A stretch of 63,249 nt of DNA, filler included, from Phoronis australis (Eukaryota > Animalia > Phoronida), in the NCBI GenBank assembly GCA_002633005.1. It is 7 parts of 7 records of this genome, joined end to end, with 100 filler letters (N's around TTAATTAATTAA, not from the genome) between each part and the next. Parts side by side here need not be neighbours in the genome. Positions count along the whole stretch, not along the records: positions 9,193 to 28,221 come from NMRA01000446.1; positions 28,322 to 31,760 come from NMRA01000830.1; positions 31,861 to 37,309 come from NMRA01002333.1; positions 37,410 to 57,136 come from NMRA01000570.1; 3 more parts are not named here. The stretch is one strand, 5' to 3'. Positions within the stretch are counted from its first letter, which is position 1. Each line of letters starts with the position of its first letter. Below are positions 26,225 to 38,351 of this stretch, in pieces. Position numbers and translations under genes: made by a program. A model generated the notes under the pieces. That model saw only the letters and a program-made list of their open reading frames with translations, did not search any database and was not told the DNA's origin.

Positions 26225-26387
26225 GTATTATTCCTATATTATGGAACGTGGAGCAGTCATTGTGCAATGTGAAGCAGTCATTATTATTCCTATACTGTGC
26301 AATGTGAAGCAGTCATTATTATTCCTATACTGTGGAATGTGAAGCAGTCATTATTATTCCTATATTGTACAACATGAAGCAGTCATT
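26225..26387. repeat. 35-bp minisatellite, ~4-5 copies (intronic)
   Basis: GAAGCAGTCATTA recurs at 26271, 26306, 26341 and 26376 (unit GAAGCAGTCATTATTATTCCTATACTGTG...). Confidence 0.9.
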
Positions 26388-26448
26388 AACTTCAAACATA
26401 TACATTGTATCCTTACAGTAGTTGATGTACAACAATATAAATACATAC

Positions 26449-26568
26449 TTTCAAGTCTAGTACAATTATCGCCCCCGAAATCATCAGTACACTGACATAT
26501 ATATCCAGGTGTTCGCACCATCTTCTTGCAAGTTGCACCGTTCTGACACACCCCAAGGTCACACAAGT
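26449..26568 (-). CDS. EGF-like domain exon (LCDLGVCQNGATCKKMVRTPGYICQCTDDFGGDNCTRLE)
   Basis: Six-Cys EGF spacing with CQNGATC and CxCxxxFxGxxC; TTCCAG acceptor and GTATGT donor; 120 nt, symmetric phase 1-1 as is typical of EGF modules. Upstream exons were not found before the linker. Confidence 0.9.
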
Positions 26569-26949
26569 CTGGAAATGGATTTCCATGCAGCTTTTACAAA
26601 AGGTTTCGTGTTCACAAGGTGATTATGAAGAAAGGGGGGACTTATTGTGGTTAAAGACTAGCAAAAATAATGGGCAAAACTGCAACTTATTCATTTTCAA
26701 AGGCTTCTTACATTTTCTAAATAATGTCAAACGTTGTGAACTTGAATGAAAAAAATTAAGTTTTCGTAACATATATACTGAAAATTTAGAAAATAAAATT
26801 CACATGTCCACCAGTATTGGTGTAAGTTAGTGAGATTTAACATTTGTAATCTAAGTGAGAACAGAAAGCAGTTCACAAACATATGTAAGACAACTGTTCA
26901 ACATGACTAACTGAAAACACTTGTTTTTCAGCTAGTTAATTTCAAACTA

Positions 26950-28221
26950 CCGTATTCGCCGTAATAACCGCCCATGCCCCTATAAGCGCCCCCCACGCGT
27001 TTTCAGACTTTGCTGAAATAAGCGCCCAGTCCATGAACGTGTACATGCGAACAATGACGTACCTTCAGTCCTAAAACTCGGCTGCAGTAACGTCTTCAAT
27101 TTATCAAAAAAGTTTTGCACGGGTCTTCTAGACCACCAGCGGCATTGCTACGTTTGTATTTAGCCGTGACTACAGGCCTACACTTCAAAGTAACACAGCG
27201 CTTCAAAAAGAACGCAACAACGTTGCTACGTTCACGACGACCGTGTCCCACTATGGTCTGACCTTTCAGTAGACACATTGACTGTCTCATGAATAAAAAT
27301 AACTCGGTGTTGAACGCACGTGGCCAGAAAGCGCGCGCTACATATATGAACCTAGCTGTCATCAAAGACATAAGTCGGGAACTATCCATTCATGAAACGG
27401 GTAGCATAGCATCGGTAAGAAATGAATATTGGCCCTAATTTCCGACAATTTCTAATACTATAAAACATGTTTGCGTTATTTTTTAGATGAATTGTTTGAT
27501 TAACCATAATTGGAGTTTTTAAGCCGAATATCCGATAAAATGAAAACTGACAGTGAATGCTTACACACCCTTACACCGAAAAATAACTGTCAGATAGTTA
27601 CATACGCATCCAGCTACACGGCAACTAATATGGGCCTTACCGAGATAAATGTCGAACGTTTTTAGCACGAGACCGGCAAGTGCTGAATGAAACACGCTCT
27701 GGTGTACAGTGGCCTACAGCTTGTGCAAATTTCTTTAGACGCAATGCACATCTAGCTCGTTAGATTGCGTGGCTCTGGCCAAAAGACGGTCTCTGCTTTG
27801 GCAAATGAACTCTGGTTACACGCATGCGCTCGCTTACTCGCAGACGAACTTCAAAACAAACGTCACGTGACAACAACGTGTGTGTTCGTCCAGACATTTT
27901 TCTCGCCATGTAGAGGGCACGATGTTGCGCAGATTTGTAATTAAAAAAAACGTAAATCCAGACTCCACGGGAACTTAAAAAAAGTCTTAGGGACGCTACT
28001 TAGAAAACTTAATGAGGATTTCAGGTAATTTGCTTGAGTCGAAACTGTTTTTATACAAGCATTGAAGTCGCCATATCGAAGATGGCGATTTTGAGGCAGT
28101 CAGTCGGCGAGTTTTCGCCCTGGGATTTCAGCACAATTTTCTGTAAAATGATCGTAATTTAGCAGCAAAGTTTGATAGCAATGCACCACAGATTTGTTGG
28201 AAGTCTTTCATAGATTACAGA
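26950..28221. mobile_element. TA-CCGTA-type non-autonomous DNA transposon, truncated by the linker
   Basis: Begins TA|CCGTATTCGCCGTAATAACCGCCC; 27300-28221 aligns by eye with 38352-39210. Confidence 0.65.
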
Positions 28222-28321
28222 NNNNNNNNNNNNNNNNNNNNNNNNNNNNNNNNNNNNNNNNNNNNTTAATTAATTAANNNNNNNNNNNNNNNNNNNNNNN
28301 NNNNNNNNNNNNNNNNNNNNN
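28222..28321. other. Artificial contig spacer
   Basis: 44N-TTAATTAATTAA-44N. Confidence 0.97.
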
Positions 28322-29580
28322 TTTGAACGATGACTCTCTTCGATTCGTCGAATAAGGACTGTAGCTGGTCCGTCCATACAAATGGTGTGTGGAGCTTCAG
28401 CAAGTCACGAAATACTTTCATGCAGTCAGCCATGCTAAAGGTATACGATACGTGGTTGAGAAGGCCGAACCAGGAGCGCATGTCAGTAAGTGACTGTGGG
28501 GTGGGGAAGTCCAGGATTGTGCTAAGGAACGCCCTACAGGGACGAACACAGTCTCGAGTGATCTCAAATCCAGCAAACTCGACCGAGTCCCGGCCAAAGG
28601 TAAACTTGTCCGGGTTGAGTATGATTCCATTCGCAGGCCTGGAAAAAGCTTTCCACCAGGGTGTCTGCCCAGAGCAAAGTATCATCTTCGTCTTCTTCTG
28701 TATATGCGCGACCAGCTTATCAAAGCGGGGGGTGTACGCATTGCCAGATGCTATGTATCCTTGGGGGGCCACACGGTATCGGTATCGACCCCATGGGGTG
28801 ATAAAGGTGGTGAAATGACGGCCTTTCTGACAAATGGGTACACTATGATAACCGTTCCAAGCGTCGAAGACTGTTTTTTTTTTCGTCTTCGGTGGGACCG
28901 ATCTGGCCTGGTGGAATGGGGACGGGGTGTGGTGTGTCTCTCGCAAGGCTTACTTATTGAGTGGCTGGAAATCGACGGTTCGGTGGTGGCGTTTTGGGCA
29001 GGAGTAAAGCGAGGCTGTCTCGGGACTGTCAGCAGTATGTTACGGAGCAGTCGGCGTCGGGTTGGGCATGTTCTGTCCTGAGTCGCAGAACTCACCGATT
29101 GTCGAGATTATACCAAGGGCTACCCATGCTTCCCAGCTCAGGAACACTTTGCTTGATGATGGCGTGATGTAGACCAGGTGGCGTGTTTCTCGCGCCTTAC
29201 TGTCGTTATTGCACCCGCGAAACGTATGGGAGTCGCGCCAATGATTGGTATGCCTTCGTTGTTCGCTGCGTGCATTTGCATGTGCACGGGGATGAGGTCG
29301 TCATTCGTGAGTCCGAGCTGATGTAAGATGCCAATACCAGCTCGGCAGCTCTGGCACCCTGTATCTGCCATGCAAGAGACTTCAGTAGTGGTTGGGCAAG
29401 AGGACAGCTGGTGGGAGAATCCCAAGCGGGCATAACCCTCGGGACAGACAGATGCCTCCAACCTGGCGAAGGGTTAGGGTTTTGAGAGGCGTTGCCGCCA
29501 TGTGACGGTCAGGTTGTCATTCAGGTGGTGGTCCAGGCAGAGTGCGGGCTCAGATGACTGCTGTGTGGAGGTGGGTGCAT
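28322..29580 (-). mobile_element. Decayed Ty3/Gypsy pol fragment (aspartic protease + RT)
   Basis: Protease motif MADTGCQSC in ORF 29138..29461; RT motifs VFDAWNGYHSVP, FITPWGRYRYRVAPQG, LNPDKF, RSWFGL in ORF 28266..28946. Internal deletions; the catalytic DD region is lost. A different family from the 50-kb element. Confidence 0.9.
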
Positions 29581-30912
29581 GCAGGCCACAATGTGTATAA
29601 AATGTTACACAGTTCAAAGTATTCAATAAGAAGACCTGTCAATCGTTAGCATGTGTTTGGTTGTCTAAGTTTAAAGTATTCAGTAAGAAGACCTGTCAAT
29701 CATTAGCACGTGCATGGTTGTCTACGATTCCATTGGGAAAAGTCGACAGCTCACTGGGCAGCTTGTAAAAAACATGTAAACTTGGGGCGTGTTCACTGGT
29801 GAAATCCAAAGCCAAACACCCACTTCAATAAACTTGTGCGAAATTTAAAAGTTCTGTAATGTATGCTCTTACATATGCTTATTGAGATTGTGGTAACAGG
29901 TATAATGTGCGACATTCATATGTGGTTGAAAAGTATAATTTGAGTTTAATTACCAGCGGACAAGTGTCGTATAGGTCAGGACAAGTACATTTCATTTCTA
30001 CTTGTCCGACTTGGCAAGTTAAAATATAGTTAGTCCTAAAGACGAGGAAAGTTAAAAAACAATTTGCTTCCCTGTCAGATTTCACATAACAGTTTAGTCA
30101 TCGATAATTCTTCAATCCCCTAATGATATTCCAGATTTTGTTTGCCGTCCCGTTCACTGATGAACTCTGAATTTCTGCCTATAGTGTACTACGTGTAGTG
30201 TTTTTAACTCACGCGCCAAACGTCAACAGACCTGATACATCCCAATAAAACGCAATGATACAGTATCAATGTTTTGACATCAACGTAGGCCTACAAGGCA
30301 ATGGGTTCTACGCAACACTGAGAACAGGGATTGACCAGTAACCAAACAACTGCTGCCCAAAAACATTGTCTACTGAAGTTTCGGGCTCTTAACACCGACC
30401 ACCGCTGGCAATTAAGGTACAAACTTTAGAAATTCGACCTCCCGCTGTCAAAGAAAATGTTCAATTCGAACTCTCCCCCAAAAATGTTGGTTGCAGACCT
30501 GAGATATGGTAACCGGCCGACTCCCGTACCGGGGTCACCGGCTCACCCACTGCATTAATGAAAAACAAAATTTCAATATGCCGTCAATCGTTGTGACAAT
30601 GCTATTTTTAGGATTAAATGAGGCAGTGAATAACAGTTACAGAACACTCAGCATTCCACGTTATACTCCTGTCATTGAAGCGAGAGCTGACGATAATATA
30701 GTTGCTAGTCTCGATGCGAATAGAGGGAGCGCTGAATCAGCGCGACTTTTCGTGATTTTGCATTTCACATAATAACTGAATTCGAGTACGATTCTCAGAT
30801 TTGGTTACGTTTGGAGTCTACTCGAAATACGACATTAAATACGATTTTTTGAGTAAGACTCCAGTGAGCACCGGCGATTTTGAGTATGAAATCTCGAGTA
30901 TGAGTATGATCC

Positions 30913-31700
30913 CATAGGCGGATTTAGGGGGGGCCCGGGCCCCCTCCCCCCCCCCCCCTTGGCTTGCCGCAAAAAAATAAAGCAGTAAGAGCGTATGGAA
31001 ATGTTGAGTTTATTAATTAACCCCAGTAATTAATATTATACGGATGAAAACAGATTTAAATGTGTGCAGTTTTAGTGTTGGGGGGGGGCTCAAGTCCAAT
31101 TTCAAATGTCAAATTCGGAACACGGCGCATTCGTAACGGAACTATGGCTAAGTATAGGCTCTCCCGCGATATCCTAGGCGACCGGCAGTGGCGCTGCGCA
31201 CTACGACTCCGTTTCCGTCGTCTGCTCCACTGTGCAATGAAGAAAATTTACTTCTTATTTTAAAGAAAATGGAACCTGAGTGACGATGAAAAAACAGAAG
31301 CTGCTGGTAAGATGTGAATTTTAATCAAAGCCTTAGTGAATCACTCAGAAACTCGCAATACTCTCTTTGTCAAACCTTATCTTAAGACGGCAAAGCAAAG
31401 CAATCCCGTCATTATTGCCAACAAGAAAAACGGATTTGGTCTTTTGGGCATTTGAAGACTATTTTAAATACGACAAATTTGTTAAGAATCGATGGCACAA
31501 AACGTGTAGTAAGCATACAAAGAGAAGTAGGTTTCGCGCGAAAACGCTGTGGACCATAAACAAGTAGGTCTCTTAGTATGAGATTAGTAGTTAAATCGTG
31601 GTGGTGTAGTGGTAACGCACGCGCGCGCTGAGCACCAGGTCGTGAGTTCGTGTCTGTGACACTCGTTTCTCGTGTTTTTTTTTTGCCTTTTTTTTCTTGG
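30913..31700 (+). mobile_element. hAT-like MITE, partial copy of the family at 46452-47397
   Basis: Same left end CATAGGCGGATTTAGGGGG and ~780 bp of colinear similarity. Confidence 0.75.
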
Positions 31701-31760
31701 ATAATACTTCAGGAATCAAGGAAAATGCTTGATTTTTAGAGGTGAAAACAGAAAAATTTC

Positions 31761-31860
31761 NNNNNNNNNNNNNNNNNNNNNNNNNNNNNNNNNNNNNNNN
31801 NNNNTTAATTAATTAANNNNNNNNNNNNNNNNNNNNNNNNNNNNNNNNNNNNNNNNNNNN
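31761..31860. other. Artificial contig spacer
   Basis: 44N-TTAATTAATTAA-44N. Confidence 0.97.
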
Positions 31861-32049
31861 CCCAGACAGGTGGAATAGGCCCGGAACCAGGTATATGCCC
31901 GTAGTAATGAGCAGCGACCAGTCTATTAGGTTGATCACGTCAAGGAAGTATCTCAACTTTTGCTGGAACATCTGAAGGAACTCTTTGACGATATTCACGG
32001 AGCAGAATGCGGACAGCACGATGAAGAGGATTCGGTCCATCACGGTTAC
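31861..32049 (-). CDS. TRPA1: TRPA1-like channel exon, S2-S3 (truncated by linker)
   Basis: VTVMDRILFIVLSAFCSVNIVKEFLQMFQQKLRYFLDVINLIDWSLLITTGIYLV matches the TRPA1 KExxQxFQQKxxYFxDxxNxxEW signature; TTTTAG acceptor, phase 0. Confidence 0.88.
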
Positions 32050-32994
32050 CTAAAAGAAGAATTTTTACTCACATGGCCAAGTATTGAAATTACAGTCGTA
32101 CTCTCAAAAGAAATGACGCAGGGTCACGTTTCAGAAACGAAGGACACTCCCAATGTATTTTAAGCGGGAAATGTCGATTGTGGTTACTTACACCTTAAAT
32201 GAACTCCCATTACTTTAGATTTAATCTTCGTCAACCAGCCATTTCAGTGTCGGGCATTTACATACACGTCGAGCAAAAATTCAAGCTACTGGCGAGTCAA
32301 TCGCCTTTCTATTGCGCGATTTTACGTGGTTTTTGTATTACCTGCAATAATCGTGTCGCATGGAACGCAGCCCAGGCTAATCACCAAAGGGCAAATACAA
32401 TCGATCATAGACGCAATTAGCATTTTATCATGGGGGTGAAGAGTGTCAGCATAAAGATAGAACAGCGACGGCGTCTGCTTCGTAAAATGAGTATCAATCT
32501 GGGAACAACAGGAGCCACAAATGATGGGATATGGAACTTTGGCTTAAGTATTCTTGTAGCACAATGCCGGTTTAAGGTTTCACGAGGTCTCTATGCCATA
32601 AAATGCCGACCTAAAACGTTGAGCTGCAGAGCCCCGCCACCACAATTTTGGAGCACTAAGCTACACCTGGAATGCCACAGTATTCAACCACCCTTCCATA
32701 TAATTTCCGAGGGTCCCCTATGGATACAAGGAGGAGTCCTTATTTTGTGAGGGGCCCTAAGCTGTAGCTTTTTTGCATTAAGCTTAACGGATATCTTGGC
32801 ACTCATCTGACCAAGTTGTACCTTTTTATCTGGCCATGGTCCTAGGACATCTTACGATAAAAACTTGAAATTGACGGAAAATTTTCCTTTGCATTTGAAC
32901 CAACTAGGTACATTGTCGAGGTGACAAACCGTTCAGGTAACATATATACATATAGCTAACACAATCAACAAAAGAAGTGAGACGTTGCATGTAC

Positions 32995-33166
32995 CTTGCC
33001 ATCACACAAGTTTTGCGCCGTGCTTGTCATGTTTGGATTGTTGTGATAGAGGCACGAGTATACGCACGGTTTGCTGCGGTTGTTTACCATGGAGACGGTT
33101 AGGAGGATCAAGAACACTAGGTACTGGATGAGGTTGAGTCCATGAAACCAAACTCCGTAGGCCCAC
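32995..33166 (-). CDS. TRPA1: TRPA1-like channel exon, S1 and S1-S2 loop
   Basis: (W)WAYGVWFHGLNLIQYLVFLILLTVSM...CDGK; TTTAG acceptor and GT donor; 172 nt, phase 2 in and 0 out, consistent with both neighbours. Confidence 0.88.
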
Positions 33167-33486
33167 CTAAATAAAAGTGTCAGCTTCAGTACATAAACCA
33201 ACAGATCATTACATGCCATATATTTGTGTAGGTAACAAACCAAGGCTTTAGCTAAATATCATTCAGGCGGAGAAAAACGTTATTTAATGGCAGTCAGCAT
33301 TCTAACTGTTACAAATTTATGATAGGGGCTGAAGGAGCAAGTTATATACACTGTATATGGCAGCTTTAGCAACGTCAGTTTAAGCTGTAACTGAGAACTG
33401 GTTGAGAGGACGCTTTATCTGCCTCTAACGAAAACATGAATTTTAGTCCGTAAACATATTTGGCTATCAGACATATAAAATCTCAC

Positions 33487-33557
33487 CATTTCATGTCTAG
33501 GTATTGTACACTGACCGGATGTGAAAGGCAGTCGACTCGGTTAAACTTGACCATGTG
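33487..33557 (-). CDS. TRPA1: TRPA1-like channel exon, pre-S1 helix (HMVKFNRVDCLSHPVSVQYLDMKW)
   Basis: Matches the TRPA1 MVxxNRxxLLxHPVxxxYLxMKW motif; TTTCAG acceptor and GTGAG donor; 71 nt. Not in the ORF track. Confidence 0.88.
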
Positions 33558-34503
33558 CTGAAACAAATAGTCGAACACTTTTGATATTTGAAATTTAAAA
33601 CAACCTATTCCCACCCTTCCTATCAATCCTCAAGGGACGACTTTGTATATGTTTGGTCAGAGATCAACATTGTTTTTATCGAAAGTCCGTTTCTTTCTTT
33701 TCTGAGTGTTTTACTTTCAAAATAAGTGCCATTCAGTTTTTAATCAATAATGCCACAGAACATATACAGTACTGTGGCTTGCTGTATCGAGATTAGTGGG
33801 ACACACAAAAATCGGATTTGAAAAGTGAGACCAAGCTGCCCACTGAAAAAGATTAACTATACTGTAGGTACGCAGATCGCGTGTTTCGACACAGTTGAAT
33901 ACTCTCCGAGAATTTAGCGTCTAATGGAAAATTCAAACATCAGTTTGTGTTACCTTTCCTTCCCAGTTAGTTGAAATGCTTTGTGCCTATTGGTGCAAAT
34001 TCTGATACTGTACTAGGATTGATCGTTACAAGATATTAACGTTCAGTATTATTGCGGATAACTACGTCATAACCACTTGGTTTTAACTTACGTTGAGTGC
34101 GTGTAACGGCTTAAATGAACAATTCTTCGTTGAATCGTATAGTGTAGCACACGAAAGAGGGCACTGTAGGTACTGGAAATCGTAATGATACTGAAAGAAA
34201 ATGTCAAAACGCTAAATATCCAGGACAAAATGCAATTACTATTTTGGGTAAAGGTTCAATATCGATATGATGCGGTGGAAACATCCACCGTTTTACTCAA
34301 TTCAAAAGTGAGAATACTCTTGGTTGGGTATAAAGCACAACGGTTAGTTACACGGTGCCAAGACAAACACAAGTCACGGTAGCGTACACACCAGGATCTA
34401 CATGTACAACTCAAGTGTGTCATTAGATATCTGAAATGCTCATGCAGCTTGTAAATGGAGGACGCTACCGCTGAAACTTGTCTCAATTTGGGCAACTTTT
34501 GTC

Positions 34504-35330
34504 GGATTGTTCTAAAACCCATTCGACAAAGTCGACTCCCACACCCCACGACCCCGTCGACCCACGACCTGACCCAATGGATATGTCTGCGCTTTTTACA
34601 CATTTCAAAATCATAATTACTACGTCACTGAATAACTTTCCCATCAGACTTACCTACACGCGAATGTGCTCTGCCTCAAGTCTGGTGATTAATGACAGAA
34701 AGTGGCATAAGCAAATGGTATGAAATAGCGAAGTGTGAGCGTGCTATCGTTGCCACCAAAGTAGCTGCACGAGCAACTACCAATGGCCCTGTTANNNNNN
34801 NNNNNNNNNNNNNNNNNNNNNNNNNNNNNNNNNNNNNNNNNNNNNNNNNNNNNNNNNNNNNNNNNNNNNNNNNNNNNNNNNNNNNNNNNNNNNNNNNNNN
34901 NNNNNNNNNNNNNNNNNNNNNNNNNNNNNNNNNNNNNNNNNNNNNNNNNNNNNNNNNNNNNNNNNNNNNNNNNNNNNNNNNNNNNNNNNNNNNNNNNNNN
35001 NNNNNNNNNNNNNNNNNNNNNNNNNNNNNNNNNNNNNNNNNNNNNNNNNNNNNNNNNNNNNNNNNNNNNNNNNNNNNNNNNNNNNNNNACTGAATCGACT
35101 TCCTGAATTGCAAAAAAAACGGAAAAACCAACCGAGCTCACGGCCAGACACGTTGGTTTTGCAAGTTGGCGATTGTTCCATCTTCAGATCGAGTCCAGCA
35201 TTTGTCGTGGGCCGTGGGTCGAGGGGGTTGTGGGTCGAGAGGGTCGTGGTTGGAGGGGTTTAGGGTCGAGGATCGGGGGGATAGTGGGGTGTGGCTGTCA
35301 AAGAGGTCAAAGGGGGTTTTAGAACAATCC
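34504..35330. mobile_element. MITE with 17-bp perfect TIRs spanning an N gap
   Basis: GGATTGTTCTAAAACCC (34504-34520) and GGGTTTTAGAACAATCC (35314-35330), with mirrored C-rich and G-rich subterminal CGACC/GGTCG repeats; no clear TSD. Confidence 0.65.
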
Positions 35331-37200
35331 CATTTTGCTTTTTCAAACCTTTCTGACAGTTAATGAGCAGATATTTGTTGAGCCTTCGAAATATTGCTTG
35401 ATAGCAAAGCCATGTCAGGAGCTAGTAATATATATCGCAATTATCTAAAAGTGTCGCTGATCACTGTTTGGGGGGTTGACTAGCTCATAATTGAAAGCTA
35501 ACAAAGTTATAGATGTTTCAAGTTGGAACTACTCCGTTTATAATTGGCTTATGAAAATGAGGTAGCTAAGTAGGTCAGCTTAGTCCATTTAACTCCCGTT
35601 GGTCACAGCGTGGCAAATTGGATTACACAAACCGATGTAAAGCAAGGCCACCTACAGAGAACAACTCCCTGTATATGTATCACTGCTTCCAGAGGAGCAA
35701 CTTGTGATTGACATGAATACTTGTTTAAATTGGACATTACTTAAACTGGGAAGTTTTCATTCTTTTCGAATTACGTCAGAGATGCCTCCGTTGTTGTTTT
35801 GGTCTAAGTTCAAGACCATAACATTTATTCGGAAGTAGAGCCTCTAACTAAAATGTTTTTGTTTACTGTTAATCTGCCATGATCTTACCCTTGGTAAAAA
35901 CTGTATAAACTTATGTATTTTGACACTAGCGTTCATACAACTAGCTGGCTGGCTACCATGACATGTACTATCAAAATGAGTGAAGAACTCACTGACTAAT
36001 ATTGAATTGAATAAGAAAACAACTTAGCACATGTTGCAAAATTTAAATGATGGAAATGGTCTTTGATCCAAAATAATGCATTTTCCAAGAAAATTCAACA
36101 TCGTGTGGCCTTCTTTCGAATATAAGGAATTTCTGGTACACATGTAGTGGTACACTACAACTGGCAAGTGCTTGAGTCAACAGGGTATCACGGACAACAG
36201 ACGTCGTATCAACAGAACTAAAAGCGACCTTGCCTCTTTTCCAAAATTACACCTAGTATAGAATTTCTGAATCGTTAAAAAGGCACATGTAACCATATTT
36301 TTAATTGAAAGCGAAATTGTAGTCAAGGACAAAATCCCGAAAAACAAAGTAAAAAAATCAATATTATTGTAATTATCATCAATGTAACTTCTATTTATTT
36401 GATACTTTTCTCAAGCAGTTAGCCACTTTGAACTTGTGGTTTAAACTATTACTGTATTTGTTAACGGAAATTTGGAAAATGACTGATATTACTACGATCT
36501 AAACTACAATCTAAGACCATGGTAGGAACACCGTTTGCAGTAGATGTCATTTCCAATGGAACATGAACAAATGATGAACTTCTCTTTATGATAGAATTTA
36601 ACATATGTTAAGGATAAACGTTTTGCTACTTGTGATGGATATGCATTTCCGCAGACGTGGCAACCATTTATTGGATTTTTTAAATTATGATACAGCAACT
36701 ACAGGTAGTGCTGGTGGTAATTATTGGATATCTTTGATAAAGTAATAAATACAAATTTCTTGGGTTCCCGTCGCAACCATTTTTGGATTTTCAAAACTGT
36801 GCTTCTGGTTTTTCCTTTTAGTTATTGACGTGTGCAAATCTAATGCTTTAGTTATAACCAGCTCTTGTGTTGTTAAAAGGTTACTTCAAGGTTTTTGAAC
36901 ACGAATTTCCTTGGAAACATTTTATAGATTTTTTACATTTTTCTAATAGTTACGCTGCAGCTTTGATATAGCAGTCAGGCAGTTTAAATGTTTCGCCATT
37001 TCGACGGTACTTGAAGTGCACAGGTTAGTTTGCTGTTCTAGTTCTAAAATACGTGGTTACTATGACAGCGGTACACGTTCAAGCTTGACAACTAACTTAA
37101 TGTTTTAGTTAAGGAAGGGTTATTAAAATGTTTTGGTCACTGTTGCTTACTTCTCACGTGACTGTCATCAAGCCTAAAATGGGTGATAATGACCGTTAAA

Positions 37201-37309
37201 TGTACATGTATGGTTATCACGGTACGTGTACATGTATGGTTATCACTGTACGTGTACATGTATGGTTATCACGGTACGTGTACATGTATGGTTATCACGG
37301 TACGTGTAC
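37201..37309. repeat. 26-bp minisatellite, >=4 copies, ending at the linker
   Basis: TGTACATGTATGGTTATCACGGTACG repeated in tandem without spacers. Confidence 0.92.
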
Positions 37310-37409
37310 NNNNNNNNNNNNNNNNNNNNNNNNNNNNNNNNNNNNNNNNNNNNTTAATTAATTAANNNNNNNNNNNNNNNNNNNNNNNNNNNNNNNNNNN
37401 NNNNNNNNN
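37310..37409. other. Artificial contig spacer
   Basis: 44N-TTAATTAATTAA-44N. Confidence 0.97.
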
Positions 37410-38351
37410 TTTCTTAGAATCAACCCACCTAAAACTGACCACTCCAAAACATGTTTTGATGATCATATCCTGTTTGTCAGAACTGCACTGAGAACTTAAC
37501 AGAACTAAAGCTTTTCTGAAGAAATTGCGCAATACTCAAGTTTACCACAACAAGTTGTTTACAATAACAAGTCCCGTTCTAAAATATTTGTGACTTTCAA
37601 AATAGTTAACTGATATTAATTAACACATTTGTTCATAAATTTAATTATCGATTAATCGTTACATAATTTTAACATTTTTCATCAAAAATGTTACACAGCA
37701 TATATCCTTATCTGACCCAATTCAACCTTCACGGTAATCACGGGAGCATACACGACAAACATGAACATGTTAACATACGAGAGGGTGTGCTCTGAAAAGA
37801 TCGAGACAATCTCCCATGGCCGCGACGCACTCAGCCACTCCTTTCCCACTATTCGGTGCTATATTAGTATGCTAAAATGACTGTTGTGTTGAGAGTTGTT
37901 GTGGGTGGCCTTAATTTCTTCGTAGAAAGTCACATCACTTCAGAATCCAGCATAGTATACAAGATAATTATCATAAAATGTCTCGTATACGTTACTGGTG
38001 ACGTATTCCTTGACTCGTTAGCTTTGAAATGCGGGAGTTTGACGAAAACAGAGAGATTTAAACGGCTGTAAATCTAGTCGACATTCTTTTACTGGAAGTC
38101 GCCATGCTGGTGAACTATAGTTTGACCTATTATACAACTGACCAATAGAATGCCTTGTTTCTTGAAATCGGAACAGCCAATGATATTCCAAGAATACGGA
38201 TGGGAAAGTGCCCTGTAGCAGACCCCAACCAATCTCGTGGGTCTGTGTAGGAGACTAAAGTAGTGTATCAACGGGATTGTACTATAGATATTTCCGGCCC
38301 TCAATAGGAATCCAAATTTCTTTGTACACGTGAAAACGTCGAATCAAAGAC

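Noticed and set aside
25790-33557. A fused TRPA1-EGF-TM gene, since all exons are on the minus strand
   Set aside because: Two artificial linkers lie between them, the TRPA1 exon is cut at the linker, and the topologies are incompatible.
37201-37309. 26-bp repeats (and the 35-bp repeats at 26225-26387) as a CRISPR array
   Set aside because: Units are directly tandem with no unique spacers, no cas genes, and the context is eukaryotic.
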